NCBI RefSeq assembly: GCF_021869535.1
Contig: NW_026262679.1
Coordinates: 74,462,001 to 74,526,000, forward strand
Length of the DNA stretch: 64,000 nt
Source of the DNA: Mytilus californianus
Taxonomy: Eukaryota
Direction: 5' to 3'
This document shows, in pieces, positions 1 to 11,611 of the stretch. A model generated the notes under the pieces. The model was given only the letters and a program-made list of their open reading frames with translations. It did no database searches and was not told the origin of the DNA. Numbering within the stretch: position 1 is the first letter of the stretch; every line of letters starts with the position of its first letter. Made by a program: the position numbers and the translations under genes.

Positions 1-429
1 CTTTTTTGAATGTGCCCGTTTCAAGTCAGGAGCCTGTAATTCAGAGGTTATTGTTTGTTGCTGTATATCATATTTGTTTTTCGGTTTAATGTTTTTTTTA
101 GCATTTTTTACTAAGTTACTCGCCAAAAAAGCCTAGTCCACATTAAATAGTGTAATATGTACAAACAGTGTGGCTCCATTATTATCAAGTACAATCTGTA
201 ACATTGGGGGATAGGAAAACGGGGGGGGGGGGGGGGATTGGTTGGCTGGCAACCGTGTATACAGTTTTGTAAACATAACAATTCTGTTGAGGCACAGAAT
301 TTTTCTTATTTTCCGTTTTACATCAGTGGTGTTTTTTGCTGGTCAAAGTGCCATAACTCAGACCTTAATAACCATTAAGTAAAACCTGCATGTTGTTTAC
401 TGCTATTGTTGTTGTGCTTTTTGTTATTG

Positions 430-868
430 GTAACAAATAGAAAATATTGAAACAAAATTATCCTAACGTCCTGAATGGCTCATCTGGCAAAAACGGATTT
501 GTTTTACTGTGCGTATTGCTATGTGTTTCTTTATTCTACATTGGCTAGAGGTATAGGGGGAGGGTTGAGATCTCACAAAACATGTTTAACTCCGCCGCAT
601 TTTTGCGCCTGTCCCAAGTCAGGAGCCTCTGGCCTTTGTTAGTCTAGTATGTTTTTTAATTTTAGTTCATTTATATGTTTTGGAGTTAAGTGTGACGTCC
701 ATTTTCACTGAACTAGCACACAATTTGAGTTAGGAACCAGCTGAGGACCACCTCCGGGTGCAGGATTTTCTCGCTGCATTGAAGACCCATTGATGGCCTT
801 CTGCTGTTGTCTGCTCTTTGGTCGGGTTGTTGTCTCTTTGACATATTCCTCATTTCCATTCTCAATTT
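430..868. repeat. Abundant interspersed repeat, family B (ends ...ttccccatttccattctca)
   Basis: Shares the core gtcccaagtcaggagcct. Related copies at about 16775-16865, 38714-38940 (reverse) and 59215-59330 (reverse). Confidence 0.75.
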
Positions 869-3340
869 TAAGTATCAACAAACCAATTACAGCTAATATG
901 GATTTGCTCATTTCCACCCTCCCACAGTTGGGAGTAGGCAAAACGTCTAGACGGTCCCATTCATTCCGCCCATACTTTGAAGAGGACACAAATTTCTTTT
1001 TTTCATCATAAGGATTGAACATACAATACCTAAAATAAACAAATCAACCTGTGACAAATCTGATTCTATTGGTACCTAGTTCATTAAAATCCAACCAGAA
1101 ATTACCTCACAAATTTTTTTTGTTAAAAAGGTAGTTTTTAATGATATATATGGACTTTGTTTACTTGAGGGGACCCAACCCATACAGGGCTATACTAAAT
1201 CAACACAAAAACTTACCCTTACCCAACTTTTACTTCAGGGGTCCTAAACTATAGAGATATATCAAAATATTTATATTTCATAAATACAAACTCATGGAAA
1301 CAAATGCTCTGTATCAACTTTTTAAAATAGCTGTCAAAAATACAAAGTTCCCCTAAGAAACGTATGTGCTTTGTGTTATTCATTGTTCCATGACAAGGTT
1401 ATTGTGCCATATGGTAATGCAACTGATAATTTTTTATTACTTTTACTTATAATTATTGACTAACAATCAACAAGCAATACAAAACACCCAGACAGATTTC
1501 AAGAGATGAATCTATGAATTGCAGTGTTATAATGTGCTACACTAAAATCTTGAATTTTAAGTAGGATTATCCTCTCTTTGCATACAAATTCTATGTTAAA
1601 TGAGACGTTATTTTTGCTGTGAAGTATATTGATTTAAGAACTTACAACTTCTAAAACAAACAATATCAAATAAAAATCTTTTCTATTTTGTAGTCAAGTG
1701 TTTGGTCTTAATTTCAGGTGATTTAGTCTCTTATGCAATGTACCTAATTCATGTGATTTTCATTTGGAGTTCATAATTTTCTTTTTAGTTATCTTATATT
1801 AGCACTGTAGGTCTATATATTAGGAGGGGTGAGATAAATTTTTCATGACTATGAGTTTACCACCTGAAAGTAAATGACCGAGTATACATGTATAAACTTT
1901 CTGTCATTAAGTTTCTATTTATGCCTGTTAGTCTACATTTAGAGAATGTGATTAAAGTCTTTATCTACTTTTCTTTTTACAAACATACATATAAATGCAT
2001 GTACATCTTGACTTTTTCAATAAATATATCTTCAAACATCTTAACCATCAAGTCATTTCATTTTCGTGTAAACTCAAAAACTATAGATAAAGGGACACAA
2101 CTCCTTTTCATTTTCGTAAATTCATTGATGGATATATATACAAACACATTTTATAAAGTGAGAAATTTGTGTGAGGGTTTTATTTTGGCGATAAAGATAT
2201 AAGGTAAAAATATCACCTCCCATAAATTGCATCTTAAAGAGAGATAAGAATCAGGAACTCGAAAGTAAAACCCCAGGAACAGATTTCTTTCTAGAAAGTT
2301 TGATACCTAAAAACTGCAAAAATAAACCATTTAAAACAGTATATCAACCATGAACAATTTACTTATACAAAATCCATGTCATTCTTTAAAGGACATCAAG
2401 GTTTCCTTATTAGTTTTCTTAACAAAGATTATCCACATTATGGCCACATGTGACAAATCAATACAAAAAAAACACGGTAATAATGACAATGTTTATTCAT
2501 ACATATAAAAACACATTAAATCTGAATCATCAGAAAAATTTAAATGTTTTACAAAAACCCTTATCACATAGCATTAGGCAGTCCGATTTAACTATTGCAA
2601 AAGTATTGACTTTTAGAAAAACAGTTTACGTAATACTTTTACCTACATTCTATGTATTTGATGATGAAGAACATATAACAATACATCAACTTTACAAATG
2701 CACCATTAAAACCTCTGTACAAAATTACAAAGTTAGCAATCAGATCTTATTATTCAGACATAATTTTAAAAGATACCATATAACTTAGCTACAAATGTAT
2801 ATGCTCATAACTACATGTATGCCACCTGATGGGAGGGGTGGATATACCCTTTATTTTTATAGCCCAAAAGACAGAAATGCCCCCCTAAAAAAGATTAAGC
2901 AATATAATGAATATATGAATTATTAATTAAACCTAATTCCTTTCAATTTTAAACCATTAATCTAAAAAATATATGTGTATATGACATTTTTCTGTGTATA
3001 TTTGGTTTGATAATTGTACAGTACACACAAGATGACTCATGTAAAATTAACTCTTGCTAGTGTTGGGTGAATCACAGTGAAATAAGGTGATTGTAAGTGA
3101 TAGAGGTCAAAATACTATCATTCATGTCTGTTTCAATATCTATTTCAGAGTGAATCATTCACGATCACCAGCATTCAGTGAATTTTCACTGAACCATACT
3201 GTACATTCAGAGAGAATATACAAAATAAACATGCAAATGACACGATCATAACACTAGGACAAAATGATAATTAATGCAAATGATTAATAAAAAAAAATAT
3301 CATCAGTTGTTCACAATGACTTGTACTTCAGCCTTTTGTT

Positions 3341-6300
3341 TTACTTTCCTCCTGTAGCACCTTGTTCACTACCACCTTCCCCACCACCTGCTTTCTTTTC
3401 CTGTTTTAGCCTCATTATCTCTGCATCCCTATAAAAAAACAGCAAGATTGTAATTATCAATGTGACCACTGAAAGGTAAAGATCTCTCTCATTTTGTAAA
3501 GTGAACTTAAATTAAGCATTAAATTGTATTTTGCAATGACATTATATGAAAGCAATATTTTGAATTGATGTTATTTTCCTTTGTTCATAATTGTACATTA
3601 GTAGTTGAAACTATATCTAGAACATGTAGATTTGTAGACCATGCAACACTTATGGAATTCTTAATAAAAAGTTTTCTTAAAGTACATGTATGGTCATACA
3701 CACACGTATAAATATACATCATTCTATAACTTGAATATACATCCATGACATCTGAATATACAATGTATATTATCAATAAATTGCATGACAATGGCTTGAT
3801 AGAATCTAAATAATGTTCATGTCACTGAACTATGCTGTTTGAACTCTCAAAGGTGAAGATATAGCTATTAAGCCTGTGACATAAAAGTTTTGATTGCATT
3901 TGGTGCTATCTTTACCCTAAAAAGAATCAACTTACTAATACTCTTGAAAACATGTACAAAGTACACGTAAATAGATTAGGCCAAACATAATAAAATGTTT
4001 CCTTCCTAACATTGAAAGGTGGGTAGGATGGAAATATCTTTTTTTAAATATAGTTTTCAGATCCTTGTATTATTTAAACCATTTTACCAGATAGATATTC
4101 TACCATTTTGTAATTATCAAAGAACAAAGTGACAATGTTTATTACATTTTGATCAACTCTTTTTCATACTTTGATGAAATAACAACTGATATGTTAGTGA
4201 TAATTTCTTGAAGAAATCATAAGAAATAAGTTGGGATCGGCTGTGAAACCCTTAACACAAATCATTTTTTTACGCCGTTATGTAAAAAAACAATGAAGTA
4301 ACGTCAGGGTATAAATTAATCAACAGTTAATTTGCACTTCATCCACTGTAATTATGGTTATACAATGTATTTCATCACTGATCATTAAAAAAGTGCATTA
4401 TTTTACTGCACATCTAGGGTTTCAAATTAAATTAGCTGTCACATTCCATTTTTGGATGCACACCATTTCGCTGGTGATTAGCTTCACCCCTCTTCCCTTT
4501 TTCATAATTTTCCAACAAATCAATAATATCAAGTACAAAAATGTATGCTGTAACAAAATATTCTTTTAATATTTAATTTGACAAAAGAATAGTTATATTG
4601 GAATTGATCACTTGAATTTCATCACTTTGACTTAACGTTTTAATTTGTCACAAGACCGATCGTCATAACAGATACAGGTTGGAAATTCAAGAGTGGTGGA
4701 TAAGTTAGCATTTTCTATATCTAAATATTATCTTTTTAAATTTAAAGTACATTTAGTTGCCCCTTCCAACAGTTGACAAAATGGTTGAAGCAGACTTCTG
4801 GACATCCAATAATTAGATCTTATTATCTTTCAAAACTTAACTTTAAAGCATTTTCTTTCATAGTTTTAAGATGAAATCGTTAGTTTTCGGTTGAACGTAA
4901 GTTGTATGGTATAGTGTACAATGTACATGTAACATCTTTGATCATTCTACCTACCTATGGCGGCGTTCATCTAAAGTTAATCCTTTATTGGCACCCTTCT
5001 CTGAACTCTTCTTTTGTTTTTGCAGATCTTGCTGTTTTTTTGCAGCTTTTGCACGGGCAAGATCTCTCTGATTTCCTCCTAAAATTCATAATCGCAGTGC
5101 AAAGTTATAAATATACATGTATATAATCTTCTTCAAACGGTCTCCACTTGAATTGTTAATAAAGAATTAGAGAAATGGTAGTGAAATAATAAGTAACAAT
5201 GGACTGGTCAAGCATTGGGATTGGATTATAAATGCAATTAATTACAAAAATCTGTACAAAAAAAAAATCAAGTTCATAATCAAGATTGCAGAAAAACAAA
5301 TGCATTGGTCAAAATGATCGTTACTTCTTATCTATTTTTATATATATTGTGTTGTGCACAGTTTACGAAATGTATATAAAATAAGGTCCTTATGTACATA
5401 AATCCATGTACATATATGTGTATTCAAATTGACAATAAACATGATAAAATTTAAGACAAACAGACTGAATTACTCTGTTTCAAACCTATATAGAATATGT
5501 TACAAATGTACATTGGCATACAGCCCAGATACAGATTGTATTTTTCTTGGTTAAGTATCGATATGTAAACAGGGGAATTGTAAAACAGTCTTCAGTGTTG
5601 ATACATGTAATTTACAAGCATAGTCATGATAGTAGTGTTAATCTATTTGGTATAAAACAGAAAATTCAAATGTCAGTGCAAGCAATGAAAATTAATTCTA
5701 ATTATATACTTTGATGACCTATATATTGTCAACCAGTATAATCACAGTTAGCATATCTAATTTTAGCGCAAACGCATTAATACACAAAATTGGCCGTTTC
5801 GATTTACTCTGTCCTAATTTAAAGGACCAAGTAAACTCAATTTCTACAATAAAACCCACATTTTAGGTAGGCCAAACTTCATATACAATACTGTTATCTC
5901 TATTTTAATGCAAATTAAACAAATCAGTACATTTCAGTTTTTAATTCTGTGTAAAATTTCATAAAATGAAAATCTCGCGGAAGGATGTTATCTCCTTTGG
6001 CAACTAAACAAGGTGACATCATATACATGTATGCTTTCTGTGTCAAATGTCAGAAAATTATAAATGCCCTGTGGGAATTTATATCTGGTTTTTGTATTAT
6101 TCTTTGTCATGTTTGTTGCTGTGCCGTGGCAATGACATTGTTGTTACAGGTTTGATAGCTGTTTGTTATCTTCTGCCTATCTTTTACAAGTCTTATATGA
6201 ATGAACTTGGCCTTTGATCATCATGACAATATTTTCTGATTCACAAAACGCTGAAGAAAACCAGATCTCCTGTAGTTGGTGATCGCAATACTGGTATACC

Positions 6301-7921
6301 AGTATTGTCCACAATACTGGTATAAAAATTTTGTACCAGTATTGTAACTTTTTTTTTTAAAACAACAATACTGGTACATTACTGATATACCAGTATTGTA
6401 GTTGTATTGTTCACTATACTTTAAGGTGTATAATGAAAAATGAATTTTAAGCAAAATTAGATATTGAAGATCAAAGGGAGATTAAATGAACTCAAAAAGA
6501 TTATAGAGGATAATTGTGAAATCAATTAACAACCAGTTAAAAATAATTACTATACTTGTACAAATAAACAAAAATTATTGTAATTAACTCATCTTATTCA
6601 AACAATTGTTAATTATATAAATAATTGCTAATAATTTTATCATATTTCTATATTTTATTTAATTCAATTTAGATAAAATAAAAGCTTTATTATCTGAGAT
6701 ATTATTTAATAAATTCAAGCAAATTATTACAGTCACTATAACACTGTAAATTCAGCATTTACATGTATGCCATCGTATATTTTTTACAGATATTTTAATA
6801 CATGTATACTAAGATTCTAAGCATTTGTTTGTCTTTTTTTTCTTGTAACATGTATAAATCTTTCACAATAAACATGATAAAAGATATCAATATCTATTAA
6901 ACATAAAAACTAAAAGTTGCTTAATCATGTTAATAGGGGAACCTGATTATAATCAAATTAACTAGTTTGTCTACATGAATGTTAAGGGTAGTTAAAGCAG
7001 TTGATTCAGAACCATGGGCAATACAATTTGTAGCAGATATATCTACTGGTACAAATACTCAAATACTAATACTAGACAAGCACTCCTACAGTAAGAGAGC
7101 CGTACAGGTGCTATCTAAACAAGCTTGTAATCTAGTAAGCGTAAGAGAAAGTCCACAGACTGAATACATAAATATCAATATAGGAAGTGGGGGTTGCAGA
7201 AATGCCATCTGAAGAAGAAATAAACAATACCAATGTTGATGATACAGAAGCTATAACAGCATTGATGTCAATATAAAATTCACTAAAATATACTATTGAG
7301 ACTTGGACAGAGAGAGCTGGAAGAAAACATAGAAGAAAGTAAAGAGTTTGTTAAAATGCTGAGACAGTATGGTTCCCTTAAGAAAAAAACATCAGAAGAT
7401 TCAACTTTCTTTGATTACAATCACAGTGTACCATCAATGGCATCATCAGTTAAACATACAATCATTCCATATAAAATTGTCATGTCATATGTTAATATCA
7501 TTATGCATATATATGTGACACCTTTGATAAAAGATTAATTACCTATATGTATTGTTTATTTAAAAAAAAACACAATACTGGTACAATACTGGAATACAAT
7601 ACTGGTACAAAATTTTTATACCAGTATTGTGCACAATACTAGTATACCAGTATTGCGATCACCAACTACAGGAGATCCAAATTATGTCACCTTACTTTAA
7701 AACAATAAGAAAATGAATATATTTTATATTTTATAGCAATAAACTAAAACACGATACAACACATTAAAAAGGGTGCGAACGTGAAAGGGGAGCAAACGGT
7801 CCCGGATTCGTATTTTTTTTAGGAAAAAACACAGCCATAATTTCGTTATGATCATGATGAACCTTAAGTTTGACCCAACTACAAATTACTACAACAAAAA
7901 CAGTAGCTACTTACTGGTCAT
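3341..7921 (-). CDS. SERF: Small EDRK-rich factor (SERF/MOAG-4 family), 72 aa; coding exons 7921-7915, 5078-4955, 3428-3341
   Basis: Exons ATGACCA|gtaag, ag|GAGGAAAT...CATAG|gtag and ag|GGAT...TAA join in frame to MTRGNQRDLARAKAAKKQQDLQKQKKSSEKGANKGLTLDERRHRDAEIMRLKQEKKAGGGEGGSEQGATGGK. MTRGNQRDLAR and RDAEIMR.KQ are the SERF signatures. Confidence 0.95.
5763..6050. repeat. Dispersed repeat also present at about 27530-27830
   Basis: Shared gcaaacgcattaa.acacaaaatt...gtagaccaaac...ctttggcaactaaa sequence in introns of SERF and SUB1. Confidence 0.65.
6267..7674. mobile_element. Non-autonomous TIR DNA transposon (about 1.4 kb) in SERF intron 1
   Basis: Near-identical TIRs of about 80 bp (ctcctgtagttggtgatcgcaatactggtatac... 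/ ...gtataccagtattgcgatcaccaactacaggag). AT flanks both ends (6265-6266, 7675-7676). Subterminal CAATACTGG/CCAGTATTG motifs repeat in both orientations. No transposase recognised. Confidence 0.85.
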
Positions 7922-8517
7922 GTTTCAAACCTCACTTTGTATAAATACAATATACTTATATCAGTTTTCTATCAGTCAAGAGACTGCATACGCAAAATTG
8001 CACCCTTTCCCTAAGATTCCAGGTTTATTTTTAGTATTTGAATAAAGGAAAGATGGTAAATATGTTTGTTCAAAACTTTCCTTTTTCTTTTGTTCAATAC
8101 ATAAGTTCATGTCCGAAGATAAAATGAATCAAAGATATTTATAAATAATTGAATGAGATAACTTGTGGTCTTCTCCAACGGAACCAAATTTCTTATTTAA
8201 GACAATTTTATCTCTTTATAAATAATAAAAAATATCTTCCCTTTATTCTTTTTTTAAGGGTACTACCGGTATTGGATTGAGATCAAACAGAGGTTCTTTC
8301 GGCCTAATTATCGATGCTCGACGTTTCGGCCATACTACCAGTTCAGCTATAAATGGGGGAAAATATAATTGTTTTTACAGAGAGAAGTCAAGTAACAAAA
8401 TACAATTCATTTATATATTATTGATAAAAATGTGTATTAATTTATGAATGATTAAATAATATTCGTAAAATGGTAATAAAAAATCATGTAAATTTGTAAG
8501 AGAGGCGAAAGAGAATC

Positions 8518-9380
8518 CGGGTCCGTTCGCGCCCAATCACGTTCGCCCCCATGCACGTTCGCCCCCTTTCACTTTCGCACCTTACACGTTCGCACACAAA
8601 GTCCGTTCGCACCCTACACGTTCGCGCCCAATTCTTATTGGTTTTGTGTTTAATAATTTGTAAACGAGTTTTGGTAAGTGTATTGCTATAAATATATATT
8701 TTTTCATTGTTTCTAAATAAAGTGAGATTCTGACAAGGTTTTTTTTTGTCATGGTAAATGTATTGCTATAAACATTTTTTTTTCATTGTTTTTAAATAAA
8801 GTGAGATTCTGACGACCAGTATTTTATTTTTGTGTTGAATGATTTTTAATCATGTTTAGGTAAGTGTATTGCTCTCTATATATCTATATCTATATATATA
8901 TATATAAATAATTTTTTTCATTGTTTCTAAATAAAGTGAGATTCTGATACACATGAGATCAAAGGAGCCAAGCTGTTAAAAACAATTATCTTTCATGTTT
9001 TTTATTTAAAATCTTCAAAGTTTTACTCAAACCAAGCTAAATACATGCAGTATTTACATTTAAAGCAAGTTAAAACAACCATGACAACAATCATGATTTT
9101 TAAACACTCAACAATAACATCATATTAGGCTGTGTATAAATACCAATTAGCAGTAATCATACATAATTAACATTTAATAATTAATCATCAAATCAATTTA
9201 AAACAATATTTCATTTAAAAATTCCCGAATTTTTATTTATGAAAATAAAAATATTTTACAAAACATCTAAAAATTTATCAGGTATTTGAATTAAAAAAAG
9301 GGTGCGAACGGACCTAGGGGGCGAACGTGTGGGGTGCGAACGTGTAGGGTGCGAACGTGTATTGGGCGCGAACGGACCCG
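8518..9380. mobile_element. MITE-like element with 20-bp TIR and cacgttcgc subterminal arrays
   Basis: cgggtccgttcgcgcccaat at 8518 is the exact reverse complement of 9361-9380. Multiple acgttcgc/gcgaacgt repeats lie inside each end, and the interior has an about 60-90-bp unit repeated three times. A truncated right end of the same family lies at 7771-7809. Confidence 0.8.
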
Positions 9381-9858
9381 ATACCACAATAGATACCAAA
9401 GGGACATTCAAACTCATAAATCGAAAATAAACTGACAACGCCATGGCTAAAAAAGAAAAAAAGACAAACAGACAAACAATAGTACACAAAACACAACATA
9501 GAAAACTAAAGACTGAGCAACACGAATCCCACCAAAAACTGGGGGTGATCTCAGCCGTGCTCCGGAAGGGTAAGTAGACCCTGTTCCACATGTGGCACCC
9601 GTCGTGTTGCTTTTGTAATTACACACCCGTTATAAGTCTAATTCGGGAAAGGGGACGGGATTGTAGTTACGATATTAGGAACATATTCGCTATCATCTGT
9701 GAAACGGATAGCGTCTCTAAAATTTACGAAGGGGTGATTTCAACTTCACCACTTGGAACTCTTAATTTGATAGCTTCCTTGTGAGCAGCAAACCTCTATC
9801 AAGGAAATCATGATAAGAAATACAAGACCTGGAGTATCGTATCAAATGGGAGATATAT

Positions 9859-10649
9859 CTGAAAAACACCAAGCATTGTGATACATAGATACACAAATTA
9901 TTTATAATACATGTATTGATATTAAATTTTTCAATAACAGTTTAAAGTTAGGTATTCTAATTTTATGTATATATATATGATAATTATCTACTAGATCATA
10001 CTCATCATTTATCACTCTGGAATAGATTACATGAACATGTTGATAAAGTTAATGATGGCATCAGCCTTCTCCTCTTGCCACATGCATCACTGTCAATACT
10101 ATGATGTCGAACATGAGAGGTATCAGGAGAGGCCACAAGAGATCATTAACAGATAAGGGTCAGACAGGACATGTTGGACAGAATCACAAAATAAATAACA
10201 ACAGTAAATAACAACCAAAGTCAAGGGGAGACATTTCAAATACAATCAAACAAAAACAAGTATATCAATATATCACGGGTGATCCGTGTATTTGGCAATC
10301 GCCAATGGCAGTCAACAGGGTTTAAGAACATTTGTTGTTCGACCTGTTAGTCAAATGCGTTTTGTTAAAATATACTTTTTCACTTTTTTGATCTTTTGGA
10401 AAATGTTGTTTGTGCTGTATTTAGATCCCTCTAACAAGAAATTTGTTTTGCATGCACACGTATAAAAATTGCGATTTTTATCCAACGCAATCATAGGTTT
10501 GAACGTTGTTTTCAATTTAGACTTGAATATATCAATATAAATATAACAATATCAATAAACATCATAGAGAGCAATTTTATGATGCACACAAATCACTGTC
10601 CAGTTGTAATGTTTTTTCAGATAAAATAAAAATAAATTACAAAAAAAAC
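9859..10649. mobile_element. About 790-bp insertion flanked by a 12-bp direct repeat
   Basis: tgggagatatat at 9847-9858 and 10650-10661. The insert ends in an A-rich tract, and removing it restores the PLE RT coding sequence. Confidence 0.7.
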
Positions 10650-11611
10650 TGGGAGATATATTCTCCGTATGTAGGCACTGCTGGAATGTTGCTTCATAAA
10701 AATGGAAAGTTCACTATTGGGAAGCTGAAATCATCTCTTTTGTCATAAAGTTTTGTTTTCAACCAACCCTCATTGTCAATTTCTAGATGTAAGTCAAGAT
10801 ATGAGACAGACTTAACTGTATCTGTTGTATCCTTTATCTCAAGTTCGATGGGATAGATAAGTTCAACATAGTCACCAAATTTTGAATTATTTAGTGAGAG
10901 AACATCATCTATATAACATATACGGAACAAGAAATAATAGTTATTTAAAAGGGAAGAAGATTGTTGTTCTTACCATGCAGTTGTTGGCGCCCTAGTTTCT
11001 CTAACTTAATATGTTTGTTAGGGATGACAAACTGTGAATGTTCTTTTCTCTTGTTGCAAAAACAAGTTGCTTTCTTTTAAAAAGAAAAGCAACACGTGAA
11101 CCCGAGACGGCTGACTTGTCACCAAAAAATTGTTTTTTGGCTTTTGATTTGAAAAATTAACTGTGAACAGAATAAGATATCGTAATGATGATGTTAAAGC
11201 ACCTTTATTGAAAATATGTTATTGTGTGTAGATTCTTGTACAAGTCAATTGAAAGCAATGTTGGATTGTATATCATTTTTCTTAAGGAAATCCCGGTTTC
11301 TGCAAACCGAATGTCCAATGTAACTTGCACAAACCAATCGCACTATTAATTTAAGCACTCATGCAGTTTGCTTTATAATCTGAATGCATTTATCTTATCT
11401 TTCACATCTTTTTATTTTGTTTCCTGGATGTCTTCAATTATTTTCACACTCGTTATTGAAGCTGTCTGTACTCATGGTAGATGTTGTATAGATAAATTTA
11501 AAGTATCAATATATATAATCGGCAGTGATCATGTTAGCAAATGGGAAGGGAGACAGGGGCCGCCCCCATATGGAGCTACATCATATGGTCAATGTACATG
11601 TATACTTTTAA

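Larger units (their letters stand above)
8498..10930 (-). mobile_element. 5'-truncated Penelope-like retroelement remnant (RT at C-terminus, Naiad-like), interrupted twice
   Basis: ORF 10930-10694 has YIDDVLSLNN...YLDLHLEID...KLYDKRDDFSFPIVNFPFL. It continues as ISHLIRYSRSCISYHDFLDRG at about 9858-9770, followed by a 3' UTR whose other copies lie at about 46500-46715 and 54420-54650. No GIY-YIG endonuclease follows the RT. Confidence 0.75.

Noticed and set aside
221-238. Poly-G/C tracts (also 34519, 36808, 42780) as G-quadruplex signals
   Set aside because: They are simple homopolymers, mostly within repeats, with no further support.
705-1022. Short ORFs containing ENGN/TTRP/RQQP-type peptides (also 16612, 16760, 59223, 54389, 54421)
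   Set aside because: They are translations of interspersed repeat families, not genes.
10965-10990. Minus-strand ATG|gtaag as an alternative SERF first exon
   Set aside because: The phase-0 junction puts SERF exon 2 out of frame; the exon at 7915-7921 fits exactly.
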